Assembly: GCA_030141605.1 (NCBI GenBank) | Contig: JAQGDQ010000633.1 | Location: forward strand, 58,285-122,284 | DNA length: 64,000 bases | Source of the DNA: Tubiluchus corallicola | Taxonomy: Eukaryota; Animalia; Priapulida | Reading direction: 5' to 3' | Shown: one piece after another, positions 12,199-24,175 of the stretch | How positions within the stretch are numbered: the first letter of the stretch is position 1 | Layout of the letters: each line of letters starts with the position of its first letter | The notes under the pieces: model-generated | What the model was told of the DNA's origin: nothing | Database searches by the model: none | What the model saw: the letters and a program-made list of their open reading frames with translations, nothing else | Translations under genes and position numbers: made by a program

Positions 12199-14096
12199 GC
12201 ATTTTTAAAGGTCAAGTGGCGAGTGACAAGTTTTGGGCGATGAGCTGCAACGACCCGCGGGTCAAAGGTCAGCAGGTCGATTATTGGGAAATGTATATTG
12301 AAATATTTCTAAACCAGTTTTCGATGTCAACCATTTTTGGCCTTGTTTGTTCACTTCTAAATTTTCACCTAAAATGTTTGACCTTGAATCAGCCATGACA
12401 GTCAAGGTTCTTAAAGAACCATTGTTGTCCTGCAAGGTTAATAATCTTTCTTTGCTACACATGTTTTATGGAAATTACGTTTACATTCTTGTAATTTTTT
12501 TGTTATTAATTATATTAAGGACTGTTAAAACTGTCTACTGTACTTCGTTGTTTCCAAGATAAGATAAACATTCATTTTATGTTGATTTTAAAAACACACA
12601 ACTGCAAGAGCTTTTGTCACTCACGAATTACTTCTTATTACGACAAAAATTTGTTTAAATGCTCTTTTAGATTTTCACCTGTCCTGTAAACGGCGATTAT
12701 ACATCGTTGATTTTTTTATATTTTGGCAGTTTTGCTCAACTTTACCTTTCGCCGTAGACACCAACCCTTTACTTCGCGACTGTGCAGACTAAATTTCATA
12801 ATCGATGAATGATAAGATTTGTGAGACTTGCCACTGTAGACAGAGCGTAATAATTATATCCGTCGAGAAATAATTCATTCTGCCTGTTGGTTTTATATGA
12901 ATAACCGTCATCATTTGAAATCAGACACAGCCAGAGGAATAATTAGCCGTATATGACCCGTCTGCACTTCATGCATGAATCCTTCGATAAAAATTCAACA
13001 TTTTAAATTCTGTCTACTGTCTGGCAGGGAGTAGAGTACGCGCTGTTTCATTTCATTGATTTGCTGTATTTTACGCCAGCAATTTCGTGTCTAGACGTCT
13101 ATCACTTCTCCAATAAGATAAGCCTGGCTGCTGTACGCGCACAGCTGGCTGGCTGCGTCTACCGTTTGCTCTCCTGCTAACCCATTTATTACAGTCTGTA
13201 ACATTCCAGGAAAAGTGTGCACAAGTGAAATCGCTCTACACACTTGGCTTACACCACCACGTGGCCGCCATTCCTGTCTGCGGTTTCCGTGTATTTATAA
13301 ATTCATTTGGGTGCAATCGCGACGTGTTCGAGTACAATCCGTGTAAAAGAGGTAACTCGCATTCCGACCGTTTTAAAATTTTAAAACTTGGACAGTGTTG
13401 CGTAGCCAGTGATGTGAGAAACTCGTATGTCTGCAGGTACAGTAAAACTCGTAACTCGTTTGTGTTCAGATCTTGTGTGTTAATTTACCCGAGTTTCGGT
13501 TTTTCAACGTGCAGTTTTGTATAATGTAAGAATATTCGCTTTCGTTCCTGTGCAAAACTCTAAAATTAATAAGAGTGAACTGTCAGTAGCACTATTTTTA
13601 TCTTATCCGTGTTTAATTCTTGTTTAGTTGGCACTGAGCCAACTTTGTGTCTAACCCGCTGTCGTATGGGTAGACGTAGGTTCTATGTTCGTTCAGCAGC
13701 GCCGTTGCATGTTCTGTTATATAAAAAAATCTTTATTGATTCGCAGAGGTTCGCCAGCTCTGTCTGGTTTTTATCTTTTGTACAGCTTGGATGGTTAAAG
13801 CAGCGTAGAGCCAATATTTTACAACAGCTATGAATTAATGATAATTCCACTGGCGTGTTTTACACATAGGAAACTCGGTCTGTCTGGTACGGTACAACGT
13901 GATTACTGTATCACAAAAAAAAGATCAAAGACGCTCCAGAAGTTTTACTGGCAGTGTGTGATTTTTGAGCACGTTTGCTTTCGAGTTGTGATTAATTGCT
14001 GAAACTCAGAATTTGTGCAAATCAGCAAAATAATATTTGATTGTATTTAAATTTTGTTTATTTCATTTACGCTTTAAAGCCTGCAGGTCCATGACA

Positions 14097-14396
14097 GTGT
14101 GTGTGTGTGTGTGTGCGTGTGCGTGCGTGAGTGCGTTTGTGTGTGGGGTGTGTGTGAGAGAGGGGGGATGGAGGAGAGACAGAGAGAGGGGAGGGAGGGA
14201 GGGGGAGGGAGAGAGAAGAGAGAGGAGAGAGAGAGAGAGAGAGGGGGGGATTTGATTTGATTTAATTCTTTATTTCACACATAAATTCATATTATAATTT
14301 ACATATATGCAACATACAATATCATAAAAACAAAAAACCAATACAAACAAATCACACACGAACTTAGATAAACATGAAAATTACAATAATAACCCC

Positions 14397-14485
<89 letters not shown>

Positions 14486-14490
14486 AGGGA
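14097..14490. repeat. (GT)n and (GA)n microsatellites
   Basis: direct inspection; pure (GA)n at 14399-14478. Confidence 0.95.
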
Positions 14491-15579
14491 CACAGACACA
14501 CAGAGAGAGATATGGGTTGCATGCATCTGTGAGTTTTAGTGACTTACTGCTCTTGGAAGAAGCCATTTGGTGAAGGATATTGTAGATAATGTTATTCTTT
14601 TGTTTGATAATTTGATAATGCTGAACAATTTAATTCAATTTTTGCCAAGAAAGCTTTGCTTGGATTTTGCCAGTGCATAATTATATGAAAAAAAAACATT
14701 TCTGATATTTACAACACATAACACGATTAGCTGACATGTAGTAACTACATCTGATACTGAATGGTTAATAATAAAAATTTCTGGATGATTTGATGTCAAA
14801 GTCGTCTCCAGCTGAATCAGTGTAGCTGGTTTCTCTAGTAATTAATTACGGACACAGAGGTAACGCGAGATGATGTTGTGTCTAGGCGGCAAGGGAACTG
14901 CTTCTATCATAACAAGATGCGTCATTTGCGTCTTTGATCTGTTTGCATTTGGCACGGCCGACTCACTTCCTCGAGGTTTGTGCAAAAAAACGTGCGGGTT
15001 TGTTTGCTTGACGTCTTAGCGGAGATAAGGAAACCCGGTAAACTCTGCAGAGACGAGGTTCCACAGTGTAAGAGATTCCTTCTTGATTTTAGCGCGATAG
15101 GATTACTGCTTACCTAACCTGGCAGAGTCTTAGAATTGGCAAAGCTGTGCGTCGAACACCCGACATGCGTTTGTCGATGTTTGGGGCATTTATAACAGAT
15201 CTGATCAGCGTGTCAAGTCGTTCTTATTTGTTATTATTCTTTAGTTATTGTTCATTTACTATTAAGGCAATAGCTTCAAAAAATTCGCTTTGAGTTTGGG
15301 AAGTGGTCTCTTTTTCTCTCCACACTGAAATGGATTACTCATTGATAACGTAAACTTTTCTACGTAAGGTGATTAAATTAGTTCTTATACAGTGCGTTCC
15401 AAAAGAGACGAATACTCAAGGTCATATAGCCAAGTGATTACTATGTATGTATTGCTACGAAGTTAAGTAGTAACGGGCTGGTTGGTAGATGGATGGATGT
15501 TCTTTGGGAAAACTATGATCTGTATGTTTGTTTTCGTATCCAAATGTTCTTATTCTTGTTCTTTCTTTTTTTTCTTCAA

Positions 15580-16040
15580 AATCTCATTCCACCTGTTGCA
15601 CACACTGAGGCATCAAAACATTTATCAGAGCATTCCACCCACTTCTATCTGCAGTTAACAGTGTAAGTTCTTCTACTCCTAAAGATAGATTTGGTTGAAC
15701 TTGTTGAACATCTTTATTTATCTTTGCTATCTAAATTGTTTTAGGTTTACCAGGTGGTTTTTTGCAAGGTTTTAAGGCTTCCTTTAAGGCAATTCTTACT
15801 GGTGGTTCATTTGGTAATCTTAAGAGATGTCCTAGCCATCTTAATCTTTGGATCTTGACTTTAGAACTCCAGTAAATTTCCTTTGTTCTGGTGTATGAAT
15901 CTTCATTTTTCATCATGTCTTTATCTTTTTTTTTGATCATTTTTAATCTTATCTTTAAGACTTTCCTAAGAAGACTTCAGTGAAATGTGTCAATCTGCTT
16001 TTCTTGAGTAATCGTTAAAGCCCAAGTTTCACCGTTTAGT
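15580..16040 (-). mobile_element. degenerate non-LTR retrotransposon (RTE/RTE-X-like) 3' fragment
   Basis: WSSKVKIQRLRWLGHLLRLPNEPPVRIAL...PGKPK, the typical post-RT C-terminal region; similar to 20030-20573. Confidence 0.75.
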
Positions 16041-16184
16041 TATTCTCTTTCATATTATTACTTACGTTCACTTATTCTTGTAGGAGGATCTAAAGGTATC
16101 GGACATTCCTATGTAGCCGGTTCACTGGCAAGTCTTAAGGAATAATCCTTGTTTTGATTCTACATAGTCATTCAATATTAGTAG

Positions 16185-16706
16185 CAGGGATGAGAATTTT
16201 CCTTGGATATGCGGAATTCCGAGTTTTTGGAAAACCAGTAGTGCCATTTTTGTAAATCTCGTGAATTCGTTGAGAACATTTTTATGGACCCAGTACATTA
16301 TTTCACAAGCTGACCGCTAGTTGGCAGGCCGTCACTTTGTTTACATCACGTACATCAGTGTAACCACGTGTTTATCTCTATGTATAAAAATATAGAATCA
16401 ATTGTGCAGAGTTATTTCAGTCAATTGCAGGCAGTTTTTATATACTTTTGCATAGGAGTGGCCAGTACTTAGGCGTTTTTGAGACAATTAGGTATCATGT
16501 GTCCTTGATAGTTGGGTATTTTAAATTATGCATGAAACAAGGTAACTGATATTCTAAGTCCACTTAGAGGTTCTCTATGGTCACAAAATTGCAATGTGTT
16601 GCTGGCTCCAAAAGGGCTTTGCCTCTCAACCCCATTGGGAGCCTAGGTGGCCCCCAAACCCACGGCCTGTTTCAGAGTTTTTTGCAATTTGTCATTCTCA
16701 TCCCTG
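16185..16706. mobile_element. hAT-like MITE
   Basis: TIRs CAGGGATGAGAAT / ATTCTCATCCCTG; perfect 8-bp TSD ATTAGTAG at 16177-16184 and 16707-16714. Confidence 0.9.
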
Positions 16707-17080
16707 ATTAGTAGTATCCACTGTTATTGATTACTGCATTCTTGCAATGTGTGAAAAGGTGGAAAGAATAGATTACGTATTTTGACAGTATGAATGTGGA
16801 AGTTTTGTTTACTACTCGATGTCTCAAAATCATGAAATAGAAACCATTTGATGTGTAATCAATCACTACTAGATTGACTGGTCACTTTTTGGCACTGACA
16901 GTCTGCAGTTTCATACAGGCTGAGCTGCTGGAAAAGGAAAGATCTTGTTCTCTGAAAATTCAAAATTTTCAGCCGTGAAACGTTTTCTCTGTGAAAGGTA
17001 TAATTGTTTTTTGTAACTCAAAAGACAAAGACAAGATTTATTTACTATTGATTGTTCAACAGTCAACATTAGTACCAAAG

Positions 17081-17786
17081 GCTATTTAGCGACTAACACT
17101 ATACAGGTAAGGCAAGCTATTTAGCGACTAACACTATACAGGTAAGGAAAGCTATTTAGCGACTAACACTATACAGGTAAGGAAGGCTATTTAGCGACTA
17201 ACACTATACAGGTAAGGAAAGCTATTTAGTGACTAACACTATACAGGTAAGGAAGGCTATTTAGTGACTAACACTATACAGGTAAGGAAGGCTATTTAGT
17301 GACTAACACTATACAGGTATACAGGTAAGGAAAGCTATTTAGCGACTAACACTATACAGGTAAGGAAAGCTATTTAGCGACTAACACTATACAGGTAAGG
17401 AAAGCTATTTAGTGACTAACACTATACAGGTAAGGAAAGCTATTTAGTGACTAACATTATACAGGTAAGGAAAGCTATTTAGCGACTAACACTATACAGG
17501 TAAGGAAAGCTATTTAGCGACTAACACTATACAGGTAATGAAAGCTATTTAACGACTAACACTATACAGGTAAGGAAAGCTATTTAGTGACCAACACTAT
17601 ACAGGTAAGGAAAGCTATTTAGTGACTAACACTATACAGGTAAGGAAAGCTATTTAGCGACTAACACTATACAGGTAAGGAAGGCTATTTAGCGACTAAC
17701 ACTATACAGGTAAGGAAAGCTATTTAGTGACTAACACTATACAGGTAAGGAAGGCTATTTAGTGACTAACACTATACAGGTAAGGA
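17081..17786 (+). repeat. 35-bp minisatellite, ~20 copies, each carrying CAG|GTAAGG
   Basis: unit GCTATTTAGCGACTAACACTATACAGGTAAGGAAA. Confidence 0.95.
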
Positions 17787-18440
17787 TGCAACAAACAGAT
17801 AGTGAATAACATGTAGAGTATATGACCTGGCTTTAGCAGTCGCCAGTATCGAACTCAAGACTGCGTGGTTGGAGTCCTAGTGATAAGCTATTAATAGATT
17901 AAGCAAATTAATCGGGATTACTACCATGTGTAAATTGTTTTATTCGACGAGTAATTCTATTAATCCGAGAGTAAAATATACGTGCTACGCACCAAAGTGT
18001 TACACACCGATGTGTTACACACCAACTAAAAGGAAGCATTTTAGCACAAATAAACTGAATCTTTGTGTTTTTTCTCATCTTCCACAATGCACACAATTGT
18101 GAATCACAGTGACCTCAAACTGTGGGCTCCAAATTCCCGTTGACATGTTCCGCGTGTAACGATGTAGTCATAAAGTAGTAAACGAAAAGGCAGTGCAGGC
18201 CTATAAAAATAGTTCACGAGTATAACAATGGCAGACAGCGACGAAATCTGTGAAGAAGTTATAGGCTATATTTCACTGCAATCATTGAAAAATATGGATA
18301 AAATATTAAAATTCATCTCAGATTAATCATGATATCGAATTACAAGAACAAGATTATGATCGAATTTTCGGTCACACAACCCAGCACAAAGGTTCACGAT
18401 GTTCACAACAAAAGTTCATGATGTTCACGACAAAAGTTCA

Positions 18441-18701
18441 ACACACAATCAAACCAGTCAAGCTGTTTCAGTCAAGTTTGCCAGTTTTGCTAAAACAGTT
18501 CATGACGACACTCAATCAGAGTTGTCAAGCTGTTTCAGTCAAGTTTGCCAGTTTTGCTAAAACAGTTCACGATGACGCACAATCAAAATAGTGAAGCTGT
18601 TTCAGTCAAGTTTGTCAGTTTTACTAAAACAGTTCACGATGACACACAATCAAAGTAGTCAAGCTGTTTCAGTCAAGTTTGCCAGTTTTACTAAAACAGT
18701 T
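18441..18701. repeat. 67-bp tandem repeat, 4 copies
   Basis: AGCTGTTTCAGTCAAGTTTG at 18461, 18528, 18595, 18662; ends just before acceptor-like TTTTTCAG at 18717. Confidence 0.9.
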
Positions 18702-18989
18702 TTTATTTATTTTTCAGGTTGTTTTCTTGTTGACGTTGTGCCATGGTGTTTGCTTTCACTGGTTTTCCGTTCATTTGCAGCCGTCATTCATGCGTCGAGA
18801 GTAAATTGTTTGTTTGGCTTCTCTTAGCACAACAGCTTATGGGTTTCTTATTCAACAGTTTCACCAGGTAGAACATTGTTTAGCAAAGGTAAAAAACTGC
18901 ATCTGGATTTTATACATTGTGTATGTACGTACAAATTTCAGCTTGATTTGTAGCAATGAGTGACACAGCTCCAGCAAGAAGACTTTAAA

Positions 18990-19259
18990 GAAAAGAACAA
19001 GTCACTCAGCATGTTGGGTTTATTTTATTGTTATCACTTAAACTGTATGTGGTGTGCTAAAGGAAAGAACAAATCACTCAGCATGTTGGGTTTATTTTAC
19101 TGCTATCACTTAAACTGTTTGTGGTGTGCTAAAGGAAAGAATAAATCACTCAGCATGCTGGGTTTATTTTACTGCTATCACTTAAACTGTTTGTGGTGTG
19201 CTAAAGGAAAGACAAATCACTCAGCATGTTGGGTTTTTTTACTGTTATCACTTAAACTT
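18990..19259. repeat. 72-bp tandem repeat, ~3.7 copies
   Basis: TCACTCAGCATGTTGGG recurs with period 72; the last copy runs into the dispersed repeat starting ~19250. Confidence 0.9.
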
Positions 19260-19623
19260 AGAAAAATGTAACAAAGAAATTTGCAAAGAACTGTCTATAA
19301 AGCATAAAGTTTAGATATACTACCTCTGAATAGAAATTTTCAGGCGCAGTGGTTACTGTCACTCACTTCAAAATTATGACGTAACCAGGAGACTTCCTGA
19401 CTTTTCCTAAACGAGTCGTCGCTTCCTGTAGGCGTGTGCTGCTTAAACTAATTCGGACTTCTGCAGCTTACCTAATGTTCACACAAAAAATATGACAAAA
19501 TTGGTTATCTAATTTTTTGGTAAAAACATATTATACTTTTGATGAAGGTTGACAGTGCGTTACTTTTCTTCAAGACGAATGACGTCATTGGAAGAAGAAT
19601 TGGCATTGAAAATAGGAGTGAAG

Positions 19624-20994
19624 TAGGGCCTCCGATTTTGCGCGATCGCGGAAAACGGACGGAATTCACGGAAAAGGGCAACAAAAACGGAAATAGCTAC
19701 TTAAAACGGGATTGGCCTGATTCCCGATTTGTTGTAAATTTAATGCCTACAGAGACGAAATGACTTCACTTTTTTCTTTCCCGCAAATTCAAGCAGTTTT
19801 GCCAGGTTTTTGAAGGTCTTACTAGAAGCTTTCCCTCCATATTTACTTTTAATGCAACTTGCACAACTGCTAAGTCTCTTCTCCGCTTGTTTTTGCATTT
19901 GTCACGAGAAATACGGAAATCTTTAGCTGGAGCTTGCAGCGAATAGAAAGCAAACACGTGCGTGAAAAGGTTTCCCACTTTCAAACAGCACGTGGTCACG
20001 GCTTCGAAGTTCTATAATTATATTTACTTACAGTTCTTAGCTTACTCAAAACTCACAAAAGTTTTTGAAAATAGGAAGATTTCTTTGGAAACAAAAGTTA
20101 GAATATTCTCAGCCTTAGTTGAAACTGTATTTCTGTATAACTCTGAGCTTTGGACATTAAAAGCAAATCATAAAGCTGAAATCGATGCGTTTCAAAAGCG
20201 AAATTACAGAAACATTTTGGGTATTAGATGGCCAAAGAAAATTTCAAACAAAGATCTATATGAAAAAATAAAAGAAGAACCTTGGACAAGAAAAATAAAA
20301 AGACGCCGTTTAAGACGGATTGGGCATATGTTTAGACTACCTGATGATATTCCAGTGAAGATAGCTCTTCAACAAGCCATAGAAGCAGCTAAAAAACCTG
20401 CAGGAGGACAAATGTTAACATATTTAGATTTTGCACAGAAAGATTTAAACACTTCAGCATTGATCCTTAGAAATAAATGCACTTGGGACATTGCAGCGAG
20501 TAGGGAGTCCTGGCATAGGGAGGTGAACAGAATCATGTCCCTGGACGTGTGATTCATTGAAGAAGAAAAAGATTTATATTTATTTTTAAAACTAATTTAA
20601 ACTTTATTCCTTTAACTAGTTAAGTCTATTTAGTTGTTTTAAAATTGGCAATGAATGTGGCGCGGTGCAAAAGAAAACGAAGCGATCCATCTGCGCCAGT
20701 TGTTCGTGTTACAGCGATGTAGTAATACTATAATGGCGATGTAGAAGACAAGTTCCGTGCAAAATGCAAATTAAATGTTGGTGTTCTTACTTACTGTAAA
20801 ACCATAAAAATATCTGATAGACTGTATGCTCAATTCATATTAATTTTTTATTTACAATCTAGCACATATTACATAATTTGACGACAAATATTAACTACAT
20901 AAGGGCATCCTAACTTCAAATTTCTGTGAAGCGGAATTGACAATTCTTTGAAACGGAATTTGGTAAATTGTGAAACGGAAAATCGGAGGCCCTA
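19624..20994. mobile_element. non-autonomous TIR element
   Basis: TIRs TAGGGCCTCCGATTTT / AAAATCGGAGGCCCTA; GTGAAG on both flanks; ACGGAA subterminal repeats. Confidence 0.8.
20030..20573 (+). mobile_element. 5'-truncated non-LTR retrotransposon (RTE/RTE-X-like) with open C-terminal ORF
   Basis: ISLETKVRIFSALVETVFLYNSELWTL...ILGIRWPKKISNKDLY...IKRRRLRRIGHMFRL...ASRESW; GAA-rich tail; TTATATTTA on both sides. Confidence 0.85.
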
Positions 20995-21300
20995 GTGAAG
21001 TGATCACGACTTCAAAGTGATTTTACTAATTACACGAGGCGCTTATTGCATTTTTATTACTAAATCCTTTTAACATTTTTCGCGAACATTGAAGTAAACC
21101 TAACCTCGTAGAAGACTTGACTTTTCCTATAAGGTGAGCTTAAGTTACGCTTTAGTCTGCACTTTCTGTTGCAGCAGATCTCTCAAAATAAGCAGGACAC
21201 ATTGAATAAATCCGTGCTTGTTGATTTGTTCATAAAGTTCATTTGATTTGTTCATAAAGTTCATTTGATTTGCTCATAAAGTTCATTTGAGCATTTAATA

Positions 21301-22176
21301 CAGTAAACTGCATATAACTCCACCCATTATAACTTGAATTCTTGCAGTAGGTGCACCACAATACGATTTTAACTGCTAGATTCAGCAAAAATGCTAAGAT
21401 TTCTTGTATTACCTTAGCAGAACGCTGAACACAACATGGCTTAACAAACGTGGTTTAATGTAGATCACAATATTATTATTGCTGAATTCTATTAACCATG
21501 CAACTCAGGCTACAATAGAGATGGACCAGTCATTTTATTTTTGATTATTCATAAAAAATGTTGTTTGATATTTTGTCATTTTCTCAGTTTGTCATTTTCA
21601 CAGTTTGTCATTTTCTCAGTTTGTCATTTTCACAATTTGTCATTTTCCCAGTTTGTCGTTTTCTCAGTTTGTCATTTTCCCAGTTTGTCATTTTCTCAGT
21701 TTGTCATTTTCTCAGTTTGTCATTTTCTCAGTTTCTCATTTTCCCAGTTTGTCATTTTCACAATTTGTCATTTTCAAAATTTGTCATTTTCTCAGTTTGT
21801 CATTTTCTCAGTTTGTCATTTTCACAGTTTGTCATTTTCTCAGTTTGTCATTTTCACAGTTTGTCATTTTCTCAGTTTGTCGTTTTCAGAATTTGTCATT
21901 TTCTTAGTTTGTCATTTTCACAGTTTGTCATTTTCTCAGTTTGTCATTTTCACAATTTGTCATTTTCTTAGTTTGTCATTTTCACAGTTTGTCATTTTCA
22001 CAATTTGTCATTTTCTTAGTTTGTCATTTTTACAGCCTGTAGTGTTACTAGTGTATTGTCCGATGTTGATGAGTGACCCAATCTTGTTTTGTTACGAACA
22101 CTGTCTAACTCATACTCTCGCATAACTCAAACAAATTTTCTGGTCCCGAGGTGTTCGAGTTGCATGTAATTTACTG
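21301..22176. mobile_element. Tc1/pogo-like MITE containing an expanded minisatellite
   Basis: TA|CAGTAAA...TTTACTG|TA; homologous to 25731-26327. Confidence 0.75.
21571..22035. repeat. 16-bp minisatellite, ~29 copies
   Basis: unit CAGTTTGTCATTTTCT. Confidence 0.95.
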
Positions 22177-22233
22177 TAATTTGGGATTGAGTGTTACTGG
22201 CTAATTATTAGAGGATGGTCTATTGTTTTTCAG

Positions 22234-22385
22234 GTTTGTGTGCAAGTTTCTGTAGCAGTCTAATCCTGGGTTTGTTTACGTGTGTCGTGAGTTACCACTG
22301 CACTTGCCCTCGCTCGTGGAGTGATCGTCGGCGACTCCCGAGCAATACACGGGCAAATGAACGAACAACGCCATCTACACCTGCG
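22234..22385 (+). CDS. PMEPA1/LDLRAD4-like protein, membrane-proximal exon
   Basis: TTTTTCAG| ... |GTAAGT; LILGLFTCVVSYHCTCPRSWSDRRR resembles PMEPA1 VVVITCLLSHYKLSARSFISR; phase-0 end joins 24176. Confidence 0.65.
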
Positions 22386-22447
22386 GTAAGTTACTCCGCA
22401 CGCTGGACGGCGGGTCTGCTTTCGTGTAACAGTATTTTGCTTTTACG

Positions 22448-22855
22448 AACTTTGTGTTCCCTTGTGTTTCTGGTTGTTAAGCACAAGCTGTTGCTAGGCA
22501 ACTATGTGTTCCCTTGTTTCTGGTCGTTAAGCACAAGCTGTTGCTAGGCAACTATGTGTTCCCTTGTTTCTGGTCGTTAAGCACAAGCTGTTGCTAGGCA
22601 ACTATGTGTTCCCTTGTTTCTGGTCGTTAAGCACAAGCTGTTGCTAGGCAACTATGTGTTCCCTTGTGTTTCTGGTTGTTAAGCACAAGCTGTTGCTAGG
22701 CAACTATGTGTTCCCTTGTTTCTGGTCGTTAAGCACAAGCTGTTGCTAGGCAACTATGTGTTCCCTTGTTTCTGGTTGTTAAGCACAAGCTGTTGCTAGG
22801 CAACTTTGTGTTCCCTTGTTTCTGGTTGTTAAGCACAAGCTGTTGCTAGGCAACT
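22448..22855. repeat. 50-bp minisatellite, ~8 copies
   Basis: ACTATGTGTT at 22501, 22551, 22601... Confidence 0.95.
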
Positions 22856-22859
22856 GTGG

Positions 22860-23270
22860 CAGGGTTTCCATGGTTAGGGAAATCTTTGAAAATACAGGCT
22901 ATCCAGGAAAGTCAGGGAAAAGGTAATTTGGTAAAAAGTCAAGGAAAATGATAAAAATGGGGCGAAAAGTCAGGAAAATTGGAAAGGGTTGCAAAAACAA
23001 TCACCCTGAACTAATATTTTTCCAAACATATTTTTAAGCGTTTCGTGTTCAAATAAAATTTTGTTATGGCAGGCTCCCAGTTTCGATTTCTGTTCCAAAA
23101 ATAATGATTGGGCGACACATTATATATCAGTATTTGTATGAATGTCCATATACAAAAATGTTTGAATATGTATACTGTTAATGCAATTTTTGCTTATCTT
23201 GGTCATGGAAAATCAATATTTCGTCAGGGAAAAGTCAAGTAATTTATTTTAAAATTCTGTGGAAGCCTTG
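22860..23270. mobile_element. TIR MITE with 6-bp TSD
   Basis: CAGGGTTTCCA / TGGAAGCCTTG; CTGTGG on both flanks; GTCAGGGAAA subterminal repeats. Confidence 0.7.
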
Positions 23271-23769
23271 CTGTGGTCACTTTGGTTTTTTACTGAACAC
23301 GTACAACTCGGACCCCGGATGATGTGCAAGTTTCACTGCAGTCGGATCAGAAGTCTCGTAAAAATATTTCAAATTTTCATACTTAAACTGGCACAGCATG
23401 TGTGACAAAATGCATTTGAACGCATTTCAGTGTTTTTTAGATATTTTCCGAAGTATGACAATACAGAGTTTCATTTTCTCACCACTTTAGCAGGTGCAAA
23501 AGCAAACGATTGATTAGACTCAACCTCATTTTAGTTTACTGTCCAAAATATACATTTTCTTGTGTATAAAAGTTAACAATGGCTTGTAACATTTGAGTAA
23601 TTACCTAAGAAAGTTAATTAACGGCAGCCGAATTCGGTTATCACTTACGTCACAAACTAACCACAGTTTGTGCAATGGTAGGCATCTTCAGTGTGCATCA
23701 AGCACGTTAGTGTAAGCGAAGATTGCTATAAGACATTGATGAAATGTCACAAAAATGAGCTCTACGTCA

Positions 23770-24045
23770 CACATGAACACTGCAATTCATGATCATGCTT
23801 GTCACGGTGTCACGCCTATTTGTCGGCCACACAAATATGACAAAAAGGCGCCGTTGCCAATCTTAGTAGATTCACTGAGCCGCGCGTAGCTTAGAAAGTT
23901 TAAAGAAATTTAGGTATCTGAGATAATTATTATTTAATCTAAGCTTTGATTGAAAAAAAGCTGTTGTCATTTTCAGTATTTTTAGAGCATAGTTTATTTT
24001 GAACTGTCTACATTATTATCCGGTTTTCTTTTAAAGCCGGAAAAG
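23770..24045 (+). repeat. dispersed repeat, second copy at ~51440-51680
   Basis: shared CACTGCA-TTCATGATC...TAATTATTATTTAATCTAAGCTTTGATT...ATCCGGTTTT. Confidence 0.7.
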
Positions 24046-24175
24046 TGTCAATTTCAGAACTTTTTCGACCGCTGCTAGGCAACTGTCATCATCCTTTTCT
24101 CACATCCTAGCAGCTGCATGCAAGTTTGATAATTACCATCACGGAGGAGTAAATTTTTGCTAATTTTGATTACAG

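Larger units (their letters stand above)
19250..21137. mobile_element. unclassified dispersed repeat interrupted by nested insertions
   Basis: 19250-19620 plus 20995-21137 match the reverse complement of the uninterrupted copy at 37237-37745. Confidence 0.7.

Noticed and set aside
17081-17786. CRISPR-like array (35-bp repeats)
   Set aside because: No unique spacers, no cas genes, eukaryotic context; the same holds for all arrays here.
17835-17890. tRNA gene (B-box GAGTTCGATAC on minus strand)
   Set aside because: No cloverleaf; at most a decayed SINE head.
21541-22125. 194-aa hydrophobic ORF
   Set aside because: Translation of a 16-bp repeat lacking stops; the same applies to ORFs at 29981-30521, 47458-48147 and the (CT)n/(GA)n ORFs.
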